Positions 38,525 to 50,300 of a stretch of 64,000 nt of DNA are shown piece after piece. The number at the start of each line of letters is the position of its first letter. The first letter of the stretch is position 1. Made by a program: the position numbers and the translations under genes. The DNA is from Nemertoderma westbladi (lineage: Eukaryota; Animalia; Xenacoelomorpha): the NCBI GenBank assembly GCA_032718475.1, contig JAUCBJ010004507.1, positions 1 through 64,000 of the forward strand, given 5' to 3'. The notes beneath the pieces were generated by a model. It saw nothing but the letters and a program-made list of their open reading frames with translations, did not search any database and was not told the origin of the DNA.

Positions 38525-38627
38525 AAAAAATGAGGAAGCGCGTCACTGGGGATTGAACCAGCGCTATACGTACGTTTCGGCCACTCAGGCCTCATCAGAA
38601 GCGCTAACCAGTTCAGCCACGTGTCCC
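38525..38627 (-). ncRNA. Putative Pol III tRNA-like RNA containing a minimal type I hammerhead ribozyme
   Basis: Minus strand: GGGACACG TGGCTGAACTGG (A box) TTAGCGCTT CTGATGA GGCC TGAGT GGCC GAAA C GTAC G TA TAGCGCT GGTTCAATCCC (B box) CAGTGACGCGCTTCCTCA TTTTTT (terminator). The hammerhead core CUGAUGA/GAAA/GUA is complete. Confidence 0.8.
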
Positions 38628-38764
38628 TGACAATGGCTTGTTTATTTAGTCCACTTCTAAAACACTTAAACTTAAAACTACTTAAAAACACTTAAAAATA
38701 TAATTTTTACAATTACATTATAAGCTGAACTCAAATTCAACTAAGTGCAGCTTCATGAAAAATA

Positions 38765-41700
38765 AGTTCGGTTACTGCGTTGTAATTAGTTCGGTTACTG
38801 TGTTGTAATTAGTTCGGTTACTGCGTTGTAATTAGTTCGGTTATTGTGTTGTAATTAGTTCGCTTACTGCGTTGTAATTAGTTCGCTTACTGCGTTGTAA
38901 TTAGTTCGGTTACTGCGTTGTAATTAGTTCGGTTACTGCGTTGTAATTAGTTCGGTTACTGTGTTGTAATTAGTTCTGTTACTGCGTTGTAATTAGTTCG
39001 GTTACTGCGTTGTAATTAGTTCGGTTACTGCGTTGTAATTAGTTCGGTTACTGCGTTGTAATTAGTTCTGTTACTGCGTTGTAATTAGTTCGGTTACTGC
39101 GTTGTAATTAGTTCGGTTACTGCGTTGTAATTAGTTCGGTTACTGCGTTGTAATTAGTTCGGTTACTGCGTTGTAATTAGTTCGGTTATTGTGTTGTAAT
39201 TAGTTCGGTTACTGCGTTGTAATTAGTTCGGTTACTGCGTTGTAATTAGTTCGGTTATTGTGTTGTAATTAGTTCGCTTACTGCGTTGTAATTAGTTCGG
39301 TTACTGCGTTGTAATTAGTTCGGTTACTGCGTTGTAATTAGTTCGGTTACTGTGTTGTAATTAGTTCGGTTACTGCGTTGTAATTAGTTCGGTTACTGCG
39401 TTGTAATTAGTTCGGTTACTGCGTTGTAATTAGTTCGGTTACTGCGTTGTAATTAGTTCTGTTACTGCGTTGTAATTAGTTCGGTTACTGCGTTGTAATT
39501 AGTTCGGTTACTGCGTTGTAATTAGTTCGGTTACTGCGTTGTAATTAGTTCGGTTACTGCGTTGTAATTAGTTCGGTTACTGCGTTGTAATTAGATCGGT
39601 TACTGTGTTGTAATTAGTTCGGTTACTGCGTTGTAATTAGTTCGCTTACTGCGTTGTAATTAGTTCGGTTACTGCGTTGTAATTAGTTCGGTTACTGCGT
39701 TGTAATTAGTTCTGTTACTGCGTTGTAATTAGTTCGGTTACTGTGTTGTAATTAGTTCGGTTACTGTGTTGCAATTAGTTCGGTTACTGCGTTGTAATTA
39801 GTTCGGTTACTGTGTTGTAATTAGTTCGGTTACTGTGTTGTAATTAGTTCGGTTACTGCGTTGTAATTAGTTCTGTTACTGCGTTGTAATTAGTTCGGTT
39901 ACTGCGTTGTAATTAGATCGGTTACTGTGTTGTAATTAGTTCGGTTACTGCGTTGTAATTAGTTCGGTTACTGCGTTGTAATTAGTTCGGTTACTGTGTT
40001 GTAATTAGTTCGGTTACTGCGTTGTAATTAGTTCGGTTACTGCGTTGTAATTAGTTCGGTTACTGCGTTGTAATTAGTTCGGTTACTGCGTTGTAATTAG
40101 TTCGGTTACTGCGTTGTAATTAGTTCGGTTACTGTGTTGTAATTAGTTCGGTTACTGTGTTGTAATTAGTTCGGTTACTGCGTTGTAATTAGTTCTGTTA
40201 CTGCGTTGTAATTAGTTCGGTTACTGCGTTGTAATTAGTTCGGTTACTGCGTTGTAATTAGTTCGGTTACTGCGTTGTAATTAGTTCGCTTACTGCGTTG
40301 TAATTAGTTCGGTTACTGCGTTGTAATTAGTTCGGTTGCTGCGTTGTAATTAGTTCGGTTACTGCGTTGTAATTAGTTCGGTTACTGCGTTGTAATTAGT
40401 TCGGTTACTGCGTTGTAATTTGTTCGGTTGCTGCGTTGTAATTAGTTCGGTTGCTGCGTTGTAATTAGTTCGCTTACTGCGTTGTAATTAGTTCGGTTAC
40501 TGCGTTGTAATTAGTTCGGTTACTGCGTTGTAATTAGTTCGGTTACTGCGTTGTAATTAGTTCGGTTACTGCGTTGTAATTAGTTCGGTTACTGCGTTGT
40601 AATTAGTTCGGTTACTGCGTTGTAATTAGTTCGGTTACTGCGTTGTAATTAGTTCGCTTACTGCGTTGTAATTAGTTCGGTTACTGCGTTGTAATTAGTT
40701 CGGTTACTGCGTTGTAATTAGTTCGGTTACTGCGTTGTAATTAGTTCGGTTACTGCGTTGTAATTAGTTCTGTTACTGCGTTGTAATTAGTTCGGTTACT
40801 GTGTTGTAATTAGTTCGGTTACTGTGTTGCAATTAGTTCGGTTACTGCGTTGTAATTAGTTCGGTTACTGCGTTGTAATTAGTTCGGTTACTGTGTTGTA
40901 ATTAGTTCGGTTACTGTGTTGTAATTAGTTCGGTTACTGCGTTGTAATTAGTTCTGTTACTGCGTTGTAATTAGTTCGGTTATTGCGTTGTAATTAGATC
41001 GGTTACTGTGTTGTAATTAGTTCGGTTACTGCGTTGTAATTAGTTCGGTTACTGCGTTGTAATTAGTTCGGTTACTGTGTTGTAATTAGTTCGGTTACTG
41101 TGTTGTAATTAGTTCGGTTACTGCGTTGTAATTAGTTCTGTTACTGCGTTGTAATTAGTTCGGTTACTGCGTTGTAATTAGATCGGTTACTGTGTTGTAA
41201 TTAGTTCGGTTACTGCGTTGTAATTAGTTCGGTTACTGCGTTGTAATTAGTTCGGTTACTGCGTTGTAATTAGTTCGGTTACTGCGTTGTAATTAGTTCG
41301 GTTACTGCGTTGTAATTAGTTCGGTTACTGCGTTGTAATTAGATCGGTTACTGCGTTGTAATTAGTTCGGTTACTGCGTTGTAAATAGTTAGGTTACTAT
41401 GTTGTAATTAGTTCGGTTACTGTGTTGTAATTAGTTCGGTTACTGCGTTGTAATTAGTTCGGTTACTGCGTTGTAATTAGTTCGGTTACTGCATTGTAAT
41501 TAGTTCGGTTACTGCATTGTAATTAGTTCGGTTACTGCGTTGTAAATAGTTCGGTTACTATGTTGTAATTAGTTCGGTTACTGTGTTGTAATTAGTTCGG
41601 TTACTGCGTTGTAATTAGTTCGGTTACTGCGTTGTAATTAGTTCGGTTACTGCATTGTAATTAGTTCGGTTACTGCATTGTAATTAGTTCGGTTACTGCG

Positions 41701-44700
41701 TTGTAATTAGTTCGGTTACTGCGTTGTAATTAGTTCGCTTACTGCGTTGTAATTAGTTCGGTTACTGCATTGTAATTAGTTCGGTTACTGCGTTGTAATT
41801 AGTTCGGTTACTGCGTTGTAATTAGATCGGTTACTGTGTTGTAATTAGTTCGGTTACTGCGTTGTAATTAGTTCGGTTACTGCGTTGTAATTAGTTCGGT
41901 TACTGTGTTGTAATTAGTTCGGTTACTGTGTTGTAATTAGTTCGGTTACTGTGTTGTAATTAGTTCGGTTACTGCGTTGTAATTAGTTCGGTTACTGCGT
42001 TGTAATTAGTTCGGTTACTGCGTTGTAATTAGTTCTGTTACTGCGTTGTAATTAGTTCGGTTACTGCGTTGTAATTAGTTCGGTTACTGCGTTGTAATTA
42101 GTTCGGTTACTGCGTTGTAATTAGTTCGGTTACTGCGTTGTAATTAGTTCGGTTACTGCGTTGTAATTAGTTCGGTTACTGCGTTGTAATTAGTTCGGTT
42201 ACTGCGTTGTAATTAGTTCGGTTACTGCGTTGTAATTAGTTCGGTTACTGTGTTGTAATTAGTTCGGTTACTGCGTTGTAATTAGTTCGGTTACTGCGTT
42301 GTAATTAGTTCTGTTACTGCGTTGTAATTAGTTCGGTTACTGCGTTGTAATTAGTTCGGTTACTGCGTTGTAATTAGTTCGGTTACTGCGTTGTAATTAG
42401 TTCGGTTACTGCGTTGTAATTAGTTCGACTACTGCGTTGTAATTAGTTCGGTTACTGCGTTGTAATTAATTCGGTTACTGCGTTGTAATTAGTTCGGTTA
42501 CTTTATTGTAATTAGTTCGGTTACTGTGTTGTAATTAGTTCGGTTACTACGTTGTAATTAGTTCGGTTACTGCGTTGTAATTAGTTCGGTTACTGCGTTG
42601 TAATTAGTTCTGTTACTGCGTTGTAAAACGTTCGGTTACTGCGTTGTAATTAGTTCAACTACTGCGTTGTAATTAGTTCGGTTACTGCGTTGTAATTAGT
42701 TCTGTTACTGCGTTGTAATTAGTTCGGTTACTGCGTTGTAATTAGTTCGGTTACTGCGTTGTAATTAGTTCGGTTACTGCGTTGTAATTAGTTCGGTTAC
42801 TGCATTGTAATTAGTTCGGTTACTGCATTGTAATTAGTTCGGTTACTGCGTTGTAATTAGTTCGGTTACTGCGTTGTAATTAGTTCGCTTACTGCGTTGT
42901 AATTAGTTCGGTTACTGCGTTGTAATTAGTTCGGTTACTGCGTTGTAATTAGTTCGGTTACTGCGTTGTAATTAGTTCGGTTACTGCGTTGTAATTAGTT
43001 CGGTTACTGCGTTGTAATTAGTTCGGTTACTGCGTTGTAATTAGATCGGTTACTGTGTTGTAATTAGTTCGGTTACTGCGTTGTAATTAGTTCGGTTACT
43101 GCGTTGTAATTAGTTCGGTTACTGCGTTGTAATTAGTTCGGTTACTGCATTGTAATTAGTTCGGTTACTGCATTGTAATTAGTTCGGTTACTGCGTTGTA
43201 ATTAGTTCGGTTACTGCGTTGTAATTAGTTCGGTTACTGCATTGTAATTAGTTCGGTTACTGCATTGTAATTAGTTCGGTTACTGCGTTGTAATTAGTTC
43301 GGTTACTGCGTTGTAATTAGTTCGGTTACTGCGTTGTAATTAGTTCGGTTACTGCGTTGTAATTAGTTCGGTTACTGCGTTGTAATTAGTTCGGTTACTG
43401 CGTTGTAATTAGTTCGGTTGCTGCGTTGTAATTAGTTCGGTTACTGCGTTGTAATTAGTTCGGTTACTGCGTTGTAATTAGTTCGGTTACTGCGTTGTAA
43501 TTAGTTCGGTTACTGCGTTGTAATTAGTTCGGTTACTGTGTTGTATTAGTTCGGTTACTGCGTTGTAATTAGTTCGGTTACTGCGTTGTAATTAGTTCTG
43601 TTACTGCGTTGTAATTAGTTCGGTTACTGCGTTGTAATTAGTTCGGTTACTGCGTTGTAATTAGTTCGGTTACTGCGTTGTAATTAGTTCGGTTACTGCG
43701 TTGTAATTAGTTCGACTACTGCGTTGTAATTAGTTCGGTTACTGCGTTGTAATTAATTCGGTTACTGCGTTGTAATTAGTTCGGTTACTTTATTGTAATT
43801 AGTTCGGTTACTGTGTTGTAATTAGTTCGGTTACTACGTTGTAATTAGTTCGGTTACTGCGTTGTAATTAGTTCGGTTACTGCGTTGTAATTAGTTCTGT
43901 TACTGCGTTGTAAAACGTTCGGTTACTGCGTTGTAATTAGTTCAACTACTGCGTTGTAATTAGTTCTGTTACTGCGTTGTAATTAGTTCTGTTACTGCGT
44001 TGTAATTAGTTCGGTTACTGCGTTGTAAATAGTTCGGTTACTGCGTTGTAAATAGTTCGGTTACTGCGTTGTAATTAGTTCGGTTACTGCGTCGTAATTA
44101 GTTCGGTTACTGCGTTGTAATTAGTTCTGTTACTGCGTTGTAATTAGTTCTGTTACTGCGTTGTAATTAGTTCGGTTACTGCGTCGTAATTAGTTCGGTT
44201 ACTGCGTTGTAATTAGTTCGGTTACTGTGTTGTATTAGTTCGGTTACTGCGTTGTAATTAGTTCGGTTACTGCGTTGTAATTAGTTCTGTTACTGCGTTG
44301 TAATTAGTTCGGTTACTGCGTTGTAATTAGTTCGGTTACTGCGTTGTAATTAGTTCGGTTACTGCGTTGTAATTAGTTCGGTTACTGCGTTGTAATTAGT
44401 TCGACTACTGCGTTGTAATTAGTTCGGTTACTGCGTTGTAATTAATTCGGTTACTGCGTTGTAATTAGTTCGGTTACTTTATTGTAATTAGTTCGGTTAC
44501 TGTGTTGTAATTAGTTCGGTTACTACGTTGTAATTAGTTCGGTTACTGCGTTGTAATTAGTTCGGTTACTGCGTTGTAATTAGTTCTGTTACTGCGTTGT
44601 AAAACGTTCGGTTACTGCGTTGTAATTAGTTCAACTACTGCGTTGTAATTAGTTCTGTTACTGCGTTGTAATTAGTTCTGTTACTGCGTTGTAATTAGTT

Positions 44701-44852
44701 CGGTTACTGCGTTGTAAATAGTTCGGTTACTGCGTTGTAAATAGTTCGGTTACTGCGTTGTAATTAGTTCGGTTACTGCGTCGTAATTAGTTCGGTTACT
44801 GCGTTGTAATTAGTTCTGTTACTGCGTTGTAAATAGTTCGGTTACTGCGTTG
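38765..44852. repeat. 23-bp satellite, ~265 copies
   Basis: Unit TAGTTCGGTTACTGCGTTGTAAT. Confidence 0.97.
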
Positions 44853-45253
44853 CGTTTCGGCAAAAAGTTGCGTTTCGTAAAAAGAGAAAAATAAATTTCT
44901 AGATGTGTTGGATCAGGGTTGAATTCAATAATTAAAATTGGAGTGGTCTTCATGACAATAATATGCTAGGTATTAATAAGTACACAGTACTAATATTATT
45001 TTATTTATTTGTGTGGAATTAATTTCGCACTTCAAATCGCCAGGGCGACATATTTCCTAACTTTATATCGCAGTGCGACATTATTTCTCAGTACGTCCCT
45101 ACGCCATACATTTTACTATGTATGTCCAGTATATCTGGTATGTCACCTCGTCATTAATAGGCTTTTCTAGAAAGTTTAACTGCATAACTACAAATAATTC
45201 CCCACAAATAATAAAATTAGATTCGCCATTGTTCATAATTATTATAACTTTTT

Positions 45254-45473
45254 GTTGGGCACAGCTTTGCAAAGTCGACAATGACGTCCAGGTGGGATCG
45301 AACTGGTGACCTCCGGGTTGGAAGTCTGACGTTCTAACCATTCAGCTAGTGGCTCAGGTAAAAGATAGACATGGAAATTCTACATGATACCTTGTACAGT
45401 ATATCCGCAATTTACATCATCATGGCCTCCCTCCCATCTGTCTATACCATCACTTGCTGCCACTGGGCTCAAC
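45254..45473 (-). repeat. Dispersed repeat containing an internal tRNA-like segment (copy 2)
   Basis: Minus strand GAGCCACTAGCTGAATGGTTAGAACGTCAGACTTCCAACCCGGAGGTCACCAGTTCGATCCC. The upstream ~110 bp is also shared with 17259-17370. Confidence 0.75.
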
Positions 45474-45816
45474 CCTACTTTACTTGGCCGTCTTTAACCA
45501 CTCGCTACAATGAAAGGGTAGTGTATATTAACCATGAACCATCACGGCCACAATGACTAATTAAACACTCTAACTACTAATTTAGTTTATGCATTATTAT
45601 TATTTTTATATTTCTATAGCGCCAAATTTACATGAAAACACCCTGTGGTGCTGAAACTTATTTTCAACTCTTAAGTTTCGATTTAAAAAGTTCAAAGCCG
45701 TCCACCTATTATTTCCGGTAATTCGTTCCTAAAACTACAATGAGAACATCACAGATGGCAGGGCAGTCCGCGTATATTTAAATCAAACCAAACCTAAGCA
45801 GTGAAACTATATCAAA

Positions 45817-45995
45817 TTTGTGGGGCGAGTCAAAACTGCGAGCCAGGCCGTTTTCTAAAAGTCTCTGGGGGTTTGTGTGTGTATGAAGCCGTAATTGTCG
45901 GAAGCCAATATATATATAACTAGTCATAGTAAAATTATAATTGTTAGCTAAGATGGCTTGCAGCTTTTGCTGCACAAAGGCCCCACTCGTGTTAT
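45817..45995 (+). mobile_element. Short Helentron/DINE-like copy, head-to-tail with the next element
   Basis: Starts TTTGTGGGGCGAG and ends GCTGCACAAAGGCCCCACTCGTGTTATT, matching the 3' motif of the other two copies. Confidence 0.55.
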
Positions 45996-46945
45996 TGTGG
46001 GGCGAGCGACGAAAGTAAGCGAGCTTAGCATACAGGTACCACTAACTCAATCGGTGTGTCTGTTGGTCTGTTGATCTGTTGTTCTGTCGATCTGTTGTGG
46101 GGCGAGCGACGAAAGTAAGCGAGCTTAGCATACAGGTACCACTAACTCAATCGGTGTGTCTGTTGTTCTGTCGATCTGTTGTTCTGTTGTGTCCAATTTT
46201 AAACGTTAATAACTCAGCCAAATGTTAATGAAATTTAACCAAACTTGGTACACATAAAGTATGGCCAAAGTTTAGAAGTTTTTCAAGTTGAATTTTCGCG
46301 TGGCCTTCGAGAAGCTAAGATAATAGCAGTTAATTAGTTAATTAAGTTGATTAGGGTAAAAACATAAATTTCAACCTGCCCCCTTAAAGGATATGAATCA
46401 TTTTCTAGTATAAGATTTAAATAATTATACTTAAAAGTTATACAGCTGTAATCCCCATACACCATTCCATTATAGTTTTTAATTAGTTCAAGAGATTTGC
46501 TTTACGAAATGTATTTTTAATGGATCTAAACGTAATTAAATTAAGATGCATTCCATCACTCTATACTTCCAGTCTCATCATTCCTTGACATTCTTGATAT
46601 TGCCTAGATGGGAAACATTCCAATCATCCTTCCACTGAGCTTATTGCTCTATCTTGCACAATGATTGGCTAAATTTAATGGTGATTCTTTAGATATTAGC
46701 TAAATGATTTCGTTGAGGCATTGACATGATAAATTAATATTTCAGTATCAATACTATCGGCATAAGGTAAGGGGAACTTTCCTTTCTTCTTTGATTTATT
46801 CTTATAGGCGGTTTGGTTAAATTTCTTATTTATTTATTTAGATTTCTTAAGTACCGATTTTGGGATAGAATTGCTCAATTGTAATCTGTATCTGATAACT
46901 GAGCCTCGTCCTGCGCGATGGCCCCACGAACGTGTTATTTGCAAT
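45992..46945 (+). mobile_element. Non-autonomous Helentron/DINE-1-like element with a 100-bp 5' tandem duplication
   Basis: TTATTGTGGGGCGAGC...GGTACCACTAAC, a TCTG-type microsatellite, AAACTTGGTAC and 3' CTGCGCGATGGCCCCACGAACGTG (46911-46934). The 5' block repeats at 45995 and 46095. Confidence 0.7.
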
Positions 46946-47020
46946 TAAGGTAATATATCAGTACAAACTAAACTTCATATTGACGCCACCGGCCCCTTTT
47001 ACTTTCCTGCAATGGGAACA

Positions 47021-47125
47021 GGCGCGATTTTGCCGAAACGCATCTTTTGCCGAAACGCAACTTTTTTTGCCGAAACGCGACTTTTTGCCGAATCGCGATT
47101 TTTCTTGCAGAATCGCGATGTCACC
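47021..47125. repeat. Cluster of TTTTGCCGAAACGC motifs, probably the subterminal repeats of a TIR element end
   Basis: Five to six direct copies ending GATGTCACC. Inverted copies lie at 44851-44885. Confidence 0.55.
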
Positions 47126-47386
47126 ATTTCGTCACTGTTGAAAGCCCCCCTGAGTGAATAAAAATTCACAAACTCTGGAATGTGTGTGCAGGTATCAATC
47201 AGTAAGAAAATATTATAAACAATAATACGAGATGGCTGAAGGTTTTAATTTCAGACATTTCTAAAATGTTTTCATTTTTGCCCACTAGAGGTAGACTGGA
47301 GAACTGCGGTTGGATTACCGTCCCAACAAAGACACACAGTCCATGGTAGATCTGCCAAGTTTCATCTTGAACCGAAAATAAATAAT

Positions 47387-50300
47387 GAAAAGAGAGAAGG
47401 TTTTCACTTAGCGGCAACCAGTGCAGTATAAGTGTGAAGGAAAGCGAGAAGGTTTTTCACTTAGCGGTAACCAGTGCAGTATAAGTGTGAAGGAAAGAGA
47501 GAAGGTTTTCACGTAGCGGCAACCAGTGCAGTATATGTGTGAAGGAAAGAGAGAAGGTTTTCACTTAGCGGCAACCAGTGCAGTATAAGTGTGAAGGAAA
47601 GCGAGAAGGTTTTTCACTTAGCGGTAACCAGTGCAGTATAAGTGTGAAGGAAAGAGAGAAGGTTTTCACGTAGCGGCAACCAGTGCAGTATATGTGTGAA
47701 GGAAAGAGAGAAGGTTTTCACTTAGCGGCAACAAGTGCAGTATAAGTGTGAAGGAAAGAGAGAAGGTTTTCACTTAGCGGTAACCAGTGCAGTATAAGTG
47801 TGAAGGAAAGAGAGAAGGTTTTAACTTAGCGGCAACCTGTGCAGTATAAGTGTGAAGGAAAGAGAGAAGGTTTTTCACTTAGCGGTAACCTGTGCAGTAT
47901 AAGTGTGAAGGAAAGAGAGAAGGTTTTTCACTTAGCGGTAACCTGTGCAGTATAAGTGTGAAGGAAAGAGAGAAGGTTTTTCACTTAGCGGTAACCTGTG
48001 CAGTATAAGTGTGAAGGAAAGAGAGAAGGTTTTAACTTAGCGGCAACCAGTGCAGTATAAGTGTTAAGGAAAGAGAGAAGGTTTTAACTTAGCGGCAACC
48101 TGTGCAGTATAAGTGTGAAGGAAAGAGAGAAGGTTTTAACTTAGCGGCAACCAGTGCAGTATAAGTGTGAAGGAAAGAGAGAAGGTTTTAACTTAGCGGC
48201 AACCAGTGCAGTATAAGTGTGAAGGAAAGAGAGAAGGTTTTAACTTAGCGGCAACCTGTGCAGTATAAGTGTGAAGGAAAGAGAGAAGGTTTTTCACTTA
48301 GCGGTAACCTGTGCAGTATAAGTGTGAAGGAAAGAGAGAAGGTTTTCACGTAGCGGCAACCAGTGCAGTAAAAGTGTGAAGGAAAGAGAGAAGGTTTTAA
48401 CTTAGCGGCAACCTGTGCAGTATAAGTGTGAAGGAAAGAGAGAAGGTTTTTCACTTAGCGGTAACCTGTGCAGTATAAGTGTGAAGGAAAGAGAGAAGGT
48501 TTTTCACTTAGCGGTAACCAGTGCAGTATAAGTGTGAAGGAAAGAGAGAAGGTTTTCACGTAGCGGCAACCAGTGCAGTATATGTGTGAAGGAAAGAGAG
48601 AAGGTTTTCACTTAGCGGCAACAAGTGCAGTATAAGTGTGAAGGAAAGAGAGAAGGTTTTCACTTAGCGGTAACCAGTGCAGTATAAGTGTGAAGGAAAG
48701 AGAGAAGGTTTTAACTTAGCGGCAACCTGTGCAGTATAAGTGTGAAGGAAAGAGAGAAGGTTTTAACTTAGCGGCAACCAGTGCAGTATAAGTGTGAAGG
48801 AAAGAGAGAAGGTTTTAACTTAGCGGCAACCAGTGCAGTATAAGTGTGAAGGAAAGAGGGAAGGTTTTTCACTTAGCGGTAACCAGTGCAGTATAAGTGT
48901 TAAGGAAAGAGAGAAGGTTTTAACTTAGCGGCAACCTGTGCAGTATAAGTGTGAAGGAAAGAGAGAAGGTTTTAACTTAGCGGCAACCAGTGCAGTATAA
49001 GTGTGAAGGAAAGAGAGAAGGTTTTAACTTAGCGGCAACCAGTGCAGTATAAGTGTGAAGGAAAGAGAGAAGGTTTTAACTTAGCGGCAACCTGTGCAGT
49101 ATAAGTGTGAAGGAAAGAGAGAAGGTTTTTCACTTAGCGGTAACCTGTGCAGTATAAGTGTGAAGGAAAGAGAGAAGGTTTTCACGTAGCGGCAACCAGT
49201 GCAGTAAAAGTGTGAAGGAAAGAGAGAAGGTTTTAACTTAGCGGCAACCTGTGCAGTATAAGTGTGAAGGAAAGAGAGAAGGTTTTTCACTTAGCGGTAA
49301 CCTGTGCGTGCAGTATAAGTGTGAAGGAAAGAGAGAAGGTTTTAACTTAGCGGCAACCAGTGCAGTATAAGTGTGAAGGAAAGAGAGAAGGTTTTAACTT
49401 AGCGGCAACCAGAGCAGTATAAGTGTGAAGGAAAGAGAGACGGTTTTCACGTAGCGGCAACCAGTGCAGTATAAGTGTGAAGGAAAGAGAGAAGGTTTTA
49501 ACTTAGCGGCAACCAGTGCAGTATAAGTGTGAAGGAAAGAGAGAAGGTTTTCACGTAGCGGCAACCAGTGCAGTATAAGTGTGAAGGAAAGAGAGAAGGT
49601 TTTAACTTAGCGGCAACCAGTGCAGTATAAGTGTGAAGGAAAGAGAGAAGGTTTTAACTTAGCGGCAACCAGTGCAGTATAAGTGTGAAGGAAAGAGAGA
49701 AGGTTTTTCACTTAGCGGTAACCAGTGCAGTATAAGTGTGAAGGAAAGAGAGAAGGTTTTAACTTAGCGGCAACCAGTGCAGTATAAGTGTGAAGGAAAG
49801 AGAGAAGGTTTTCACTTAGCGGTAACCAGTGCAGTATAAGTGTGAAGGAAAGAGAGAAGGTTTTAACTTAGCGGCAACCAGTGCAGTATAAGTGTGAAGG
49901 AAAGAGAGAAGGTTTTAACTTAGCGGCAACCAGTGCAGTATAAGTGTGAAGGAAAGAGATAAGGATTCACTTAGCGGCAACCAGTGCAGTATAAGTGTGA
50001 AGGAAAGAGAGAAGGTTTTCAATTAACGGCAACCAGTGCAGTATAAGTGTGAAGGAAAGAGAGAAGGTTTTCACTTAGCGGCAACCAGTGCAGTATAAGT
50101 GTGAAGGAAAGAGAGAAGGTTTTCACTTAGCGGCAACCAGTGCATTATAAGTGTGAAGGAAAGAGAGAAGGTTTTAACTTAGCGGCAACCAGTGCAGTAT
50201 AAGTGTGAAGGAAAGAGAGAAGGTTTTCACTTAGCGGCAACCAGTGCAGTATAAGTGTGAAGGAAAGAGAGAAGGTTTTCACTTAGCGGCAACCAGTGCA

